Origin: Massalongia carnosa
Lineage: Eukaryota
Assembly (NCBI GenBank): GCA_965645245.1
Contig: OZ287068.1
Location: 2,480,001 to 2,544,000 of the forward strand
DNA: 64,000 nt
Direction of reading: 5' to 3'
The position numbers and the translations under genes were made by a program. The notes under the pieces are model-generated. The model was not told where the DNA came from. It saw only the letters and a list, made by a program, of their open reading frames with translations, and searched no databases. Below are positions 58,587 through 64,000 of the stretch, in pieces (positions within the stretch are counted from its first letter, which is position 1; each line of letters begins with the position of its first letter).

Positions 58587-61500
58587 ACGTAACCCACCAC
58601 TACTTTAAACACCAGGATTGCTTCATTTACCTTGCTGTCGCCAGCTGCAACGTCGTCGATATGAATAACTTCATGAATCTAACTAAAGGCGCCTCTTATT
58701 CAGCCATTAATCTAACCCCGGACCGAAGGAATTGCTTCAATTGGTCGCCCAGAGCCCAAACCAACCACCCTTTTTGATCCGACTTCCCCATGCCTTCCGA
58801 GTCTCCCCAGGCGAAAAATCTCTTCGTAATAGCTTCATGATCGACAGTATTAATTATAGTGAGATGATGAGTGTGATTTTGAATGAAAGTAGTTCGATTA
58901 GCTACAAACAAGATCAAAATCAAAGGGGTTGGAATTATCAGAGGCCCAGTAGAAATCATCAGAGGCCCAAATGAACATAAAAGCTCTTTTTTCATCGGAT
59001 ATTTCTCCCAATCTTCGTTGTCTTTTGTATGTAAAATAGTTGTATAATTGTCGAATTCCTGGACAATCTTCCATCTTTTTCCTGCCTCTTCAAAGACCTT
59101 TCGACATGGCCAGTTCAATTGAACAATTCCCATCCGGCGCGCGCCCTTTCATCTCTTTCAATCAGGAGAACGTATAGGTTTCATGCTCTGATCTTGTCGA
59201 GGTCTCCGAAACTCCCGATACCAGTCATCATCCATTGTTTTATTCATCCCCCCCCTCCCGCAACGTTCAATCAATCCGGTGTTTCAGGCCGTCGCCATCC
59301 GACGACAGTTCGAAGAGCTTGTCGAAGAACCTTTTGTAGATGGCATATCTGGAAAGAAGTGGAGAGAGCGAGTGCATCGACAATTGAACACGGAACTCGA
59401 GGCCGCTTTGAAGGATAATGACCCTGACCAGGAGCTTGATCTACTGCGTCAACTAGCATATTGTCAGGTCTTAGAACGGGAGGGCTATTGGACAGGTCTT
59501 GTACGCGTACCGGACATGACCATGGATCATGTGCGCAAAGAAATTCGCGGAGAAGTGAAAGAACAGTTGGAGGCTTTTTATGCATCATCGCCCTCTCCAC
59601 CTCGCATGAACTCGGTATGATCTTTTCTGTCTTTCTCGCCCATGTCATCGCCTTTGGCCAGGCGGGTGATTGCGCCGCTTTTCAGAGAAGATCGTGTAGG
59701 TTTAGCTGTCATAGCTGCAAAGAGCAAAAGAAAAACAGCGAACGAAGTCGCTCTTATTTACGGGGTCAACAGGGGAACTGTGGCCCGTCGAATGAAAGGA
59801 AGTCGAAATGCCGCGGAGTATGGTCTGACTCGTCGCCCTTTGGATGACAGCGAGGAGCAATCCATTCTTAATTACATTGATTCGAGCACTGCTTTAGGTT
59901 TTCCCGCTCGCTTTGATATGGTTCGTGAAAAGGTCATGAAGTTGTTGAGACTTCGCGTTGAATCTCCTGCATCTTTGAGAATTAATTGGACGAAGCGCTT
60001 TCTTGATCGATATTCGAACTATCGTTCTCGGTTTTCTCGTCACTTGAATCAGGAACGACACCGGAACACTGATCGCAAAGTGTTCGAGGATTGATTCTCG
60101 TTTGTTCGAAGAACAATGGACAAGTATGGCATTGCAACAGGTGATGTTTACAACATGAATGAAAAGGGACATCTGTTGGGAGTTGCGGGAAATATTCGGT
60201 AAGTGATCATATTTCAGCTAAGTCACTTTCGGTTAGAAAATATCTGAGACAAGATGTTTTACGGTTAATAAGCTTGAGCGGGGCTACATTTCAGATCATC
60301 GATTGGTTGAAAATTTAATCTTGATTTAAAGTTTTAAGCCTCATCGTTTAAGGTTTGATGTTTACGCTAAAATTTTTATTATTTTGTAGAAAGGTCATCG
60401 TGCGACGATGCGACAAAAACGCCTTTTCCGTTCATTCTGGAGACAGAAAATGGAGCACCTATAGAGTTCGTTTTTACTCGAGGATGCGTGTTCAAGCTCA
60501 TGATTATCTTCGAAGGTAAACGAATAGTAAAAGCCTGGAAGAGGGAATTTCCCGAGGCAACCTTTGCCGTTAGCAAGAATGGCTGAACTGACAACAGTCA
60601 TGGACTGACCTGGGTGAGAGAGTGTTTCAATCCTCAGACAGTTCATTTGGGAGGCCGACGACTTCTTCTGATTGACGGGCATGCGTCTCATGTCTCTGTT
60701 GATTTTATCGAGTATTGCTGGTCAGTGGATATAGTTTCGCTGTCTTTCACCTCATATTACTCATTTTCTACAGCCTTTGGACGTAGGATGTTTCGGGCCT
60801 CCGGACAAAGCATACAAAAAACAGCTGAAGGAGCGAAATAAATTCGGAAAGGTGTACGTGAATAAATTGGATTATCTAAAGTTTCTAAAGAGGGCAAGGA
60901 AAACGGTCATGATTTTCGATGTAATCATGTCAGCTTGGGCTGCAACTGGTGAGTAAAAGTAACATTCTTTTCTTAATGTTTTGCTGACAAGTTCAGGTAT
61001 TTATTCTTTTGACCCGCAGCGAGTAATTGAGAAATTATTTCAATTTCTTCAATCGGTTCCTTCGGCCCCTTCGAGTTCAATCGTATTTTCCTTGACCTTC
61101 ATCTTCATCTTCACCGTCATCTTCATCAACAGTTCATTTTCGAACAATTCTTTCGATAGAACTTATTCTAACAAGCGCGATTACTCTGCTATGTTGAATT
61201 CATTAGAAATGTTCATATTCAAATCATATCAAGACCGGCTTCGGCGTCTCAAAAGAACAATCGCTATCGTCTTCGCAGATCAAACACTTCTTCAAGACTC
61301 TACTCAGTCATTATTCAAAGCGAATCTGGCCAAGGAGGAGAGAAAGAAAAAGAGAAAAGAGGCAGGGGAAAGGGCTACTTATGGTAGCGCTTTCGGACGT
61401 GTTCTCATCGAGGCTCAGGCCGAGGCATATCGCATAGAAGAGGAGGAGAAAGCAGAGGTCATTCGTCTGAGAAAGGAGGCCGTTGAGACTAGAAAGATGA

Positions 61501-62138
61501 ACGCTGCTGAAAAGAAGAAGGAGGCTGAAAGAAAGAAAGATGAGAGGATCAAACGCTTGACCGCTCAGGCTGAGAAGAAAGAGAAAGAGGATGAACTGAA
61601 GGCTGAACGTAAGCGTGAACGAGTGGCAAAGGCCATGCAGAAGAAGGAGGAAAAGAGGTTGAAGATGTTAAATCAAGGGTCATCGAAAAGAAGACGAGGT
61701 AATTTGCTTACAAATGCTTCATTTACCTCTCAAAGTCAGATGAAGTTTATCTGAGATTTCACTCAAACACAATTGAATTCCGTATGAGATTCGCCTACTC
61801 CGCAAGCTCGTTCTTTGGAAGCATCTCCAAGTCTTTACGGGTCGAGTTTGAACGCGCCTTATTTTATCAGGCCGGTGATGAGGGAGGGAAGTCCTGATTT
61901 ATGAAGACATAAATCTTGAGAGTTGAAGTTCGACGACGAGGTTTTTCGGATGGTAATGGAAGGGGGGTGGGGGATGTAATTACTCTCGGGTGATGATCAG
62001 ACTGTTTTCGAGTGACGAGGCTATTCAGATTTCTTTAATTCATCGTTATTGTCGCTGTCATTGATGATGACGATGAGGGTATTTAGATATTCTGGTGTTT
62101 AAAGTAGTGGTGGTTGACGAACTAGTGGTAGGTTACGT
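58587..62138 (+). mobile_element. Fot1/Pot2-like family B element (3552 bp), TA TSD, degenerate intron-containing transposase (~59279-61754)
   Basis: TA|ACGTAACCCACCACTACTTTAAACACCAG ... CTGGTGTTTAAAGTAGTGGTGG...GTGGTAGGTTACGT|TA. HTH (YGVNRGTVARR, NWTKRFLDR), YNMNEKG, LLIDGHASH and LQPLDVGCF. Intron-like GTAAGT(60199)...TAG(60388). Several stops. Confidence 0.9.
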
Positions 62139-62904
62139 TATTTGATTGATATTTTGCGTGTAAAAGTTGAACTTTGCTTTCCGCCGAACTTTGCTTTCCC
62201 CAACTAGAGGCAAGCGAGTCACCGATGAGAGGCCAATCACCAAGCCCAGGAAGATTTACCGAGTTACCCACGTGGAAAACCATTCATCCGCGCCCAGGGC
62301 ACATGACTACTCGTCAAGAACGTAAGGGTTTGAACTGGGGAGTGATTCTTTCTGTCAGCATGTCTCCATCAATCAAGTCAGATAAACTCTTCAATAACCT
62401 TCTCCAATGCAGCGTCTTTTATGTTTCATGGTTATATATTATAAATACTAACTACACCTTTCACACAAGAAGCCTTATTATAAAAATTGTGTCTCCTTTT
62501 ACGATGTGTTTCTCCTTGGGAGTGATCGTGATCTTAGCATACAAAGTTTAATGCACCGCTGAGCCTTTTGCTTTTGTACATCAAGTTGCATTTTCGCAAC
62601 TGTCCTTTGCTCAGATTGAATAACATGAAGATTGCCCACCAGATCGTTGGCGGATATTTTGAAATCCAAGTCCGAAAATGACAAGTGAAGTCCTTTTAAA
62701 CCCACTACGGAAACGGCAATCTGTAACTTTGGTTCACGAAGCAAGATTCACAACGTATAAACAGTGGGCCTATTTTCCACCCCTTTATTATTCCGCCTTA
62801 CGGTCCATCCTCACCTAAAACGCAAGCGGCAGCACCACATTTCAACCTTCAACCATCAGTATAACCCATCACCTTACAGTATCAAAATCCGCAGAGTTCC
62901 CAGA

Positions 62905-63506
62905 TGCTGATGTGAGTGAGAGCAAGGTTCGAAGCCAATTCGAACGCTCTGAACAATGCAGTACACCATCTGCATAATGCAGCCGTTGCAAATACAAAAT
63001 ATTGCAGAACAAGTTGGCCGGTTATCTCAAGCGCCGATAATCCAAGGCCAAGCCATCATGACTTCCATTCAAGAAGTGCGAGAAGAGCTTGGATGCGAAA
63101 TTCGACAGATGCGTGAGGAGTTCCGAGCCAGGTTCGTCTAGGAATCTTGTCTTCTTCGCCATTAAGCCAACCTAATCCTAGAGATTACAACATGCAAGCT
63201 CGGATTTCCAACGGTCGAGTAGCACTACCGCGGAGACCTTTACGCGTACTACTCGATGTTTGTACCGCACAACCTATTGCCAACTTTCCTGTCCATCTAG
63301 CAGCAATACAATCAGAAAGCACGTTTCTTTTGCCTTCATTCCGTACTTCTTGCCGTGATTGCTGATACAGCAACTCTTTAGATTATCGGAACATATTTCG
63401 AGAGTTGCTTGAGGCCCTGGAGATAACCTCTCAACCGAATGCACAATGGTCGATTGAGGATGCACGCCTAGACTTTCGGGTAGCAATAGGCTGCTTGCCA
63501 TTATAG
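62905..63506 (+). pseudogene. Small coiled-coil protein with Mug135-like (DUF1773) C-terminus, probably frameshifted
   Basis: Segments IQNIAEQVGRLSQAPIIQGQAIM..., DYNMQARISNG...PLRVLLDVCTAQPIANFP and ...LLEALEI...LDFRVAIG, separated by short intron-like gaps. Family call from motif recall only. Confidence 0.4.
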
Positions 63507-63726
63507 GGAGGAGATGTGATGTGATATTCGGGTGAGTTGCCGGCCAAGTGTGCCTGAGTGATATGGGTGGTTGAAAATCAGAACAGGCTTGGGAGCAGGA
63601 TAAAGTGCGGAAGTGGAGAAGTAGGCATATATTCCTTCATATTCCGACAGGCTGGCAATGCTTGTAACTAATTGTCCCACAAGCTTTCCCAGCCTGAACA
63701 GCATCTCTCGTTGTACCTCTTAACAC

Positions 63727-63759
63727 CCCTCCCTCCCTCCCTCCCTCCCTCCTCCCTTC
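63727..63759 (+). repeat. (CCCT)n simple repeat
   Basis: Directly visible. Confidence 0.85.
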
Positions 63760-64000
63760 CTGGTGGAAACTGTGTTTCAGGGGGCAAAATGCCAGACGCT
63801 TTCGCTTTGCGGGGTATCTTTCCACCAACACACTACTCGTATGACTCGGCAGGTAGTGTAGAACAACTGTGAAAATATTTGCGAAGAAGAAAACTTCCGG
63901 AGAATTGGAATCTCCGCTTTGGATTTTTTTCCCCCTCGCTTCTACCTACCCACCTACCCACCTATCTCTCCAAGCATCTACATAGTACATAGTACATAGT

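Larger units (their letters stand above)
56610..62211 (+). mobile_element. pogo/Fot1-like family A, degenerate copy split by the family B insertion (A = 56610-58586 + 62141-62211)
   Basis: HTH region matches 3862-4236. DDE remnants NGFTSD, LMDNHGSH and PHLTHCMQPLDVGVF. Right TIR at 62169-62211; left TIR not found. Confidence 0.85.

Overview
Eukaryotic, intron-containing genomic DNA from a filamentous ascomycete (Pezizomycotina-type genes and introns; the class cannot be fixed from sequence alone). A backbone of ordinary host genes (fructosamine-3-kinase, ARMC8/Vid28, Pho80/PREG cyclin, Vtc2/3, Nudix hydrolase, Na+/H+ antiporter, RNase H1, PFK-2/FBPase-2, Tad3, Mga2/Spt23, RTA1-like) is interrupted by three transposon-rich islands. 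(1) 0.6-6.6 kb: a LINE ORF1 fragment, an apparently intact hAT element, a pogo/Fot1 fragment and a HeLo-like/ankyrin pseudogene. (2) 36.5-42.8 kb: a tyrosine-recombinase (Ngaro-type) retrotransposon with all three ORFs intact, a TA-flanked MITE and a MULE with a perfect 9-bp TSD. (3) 56.6-62.2 kb: one Fot1/pogo element nested inside another. The most striking observation is how the YR retrotransposon may be expressed. gag and RT-RNaseH are in the same frame, separated by one UAG followed directly by an ~18-bp stem-loop (a readthrough-like signal). The recombinase ORF has no usable AUG but begins right behind a textbook branch point and 3' splice site that joins in frame to a donor inside gag. 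These mechanisms are inferences from motifs read by eye; no database search or folding program was run.
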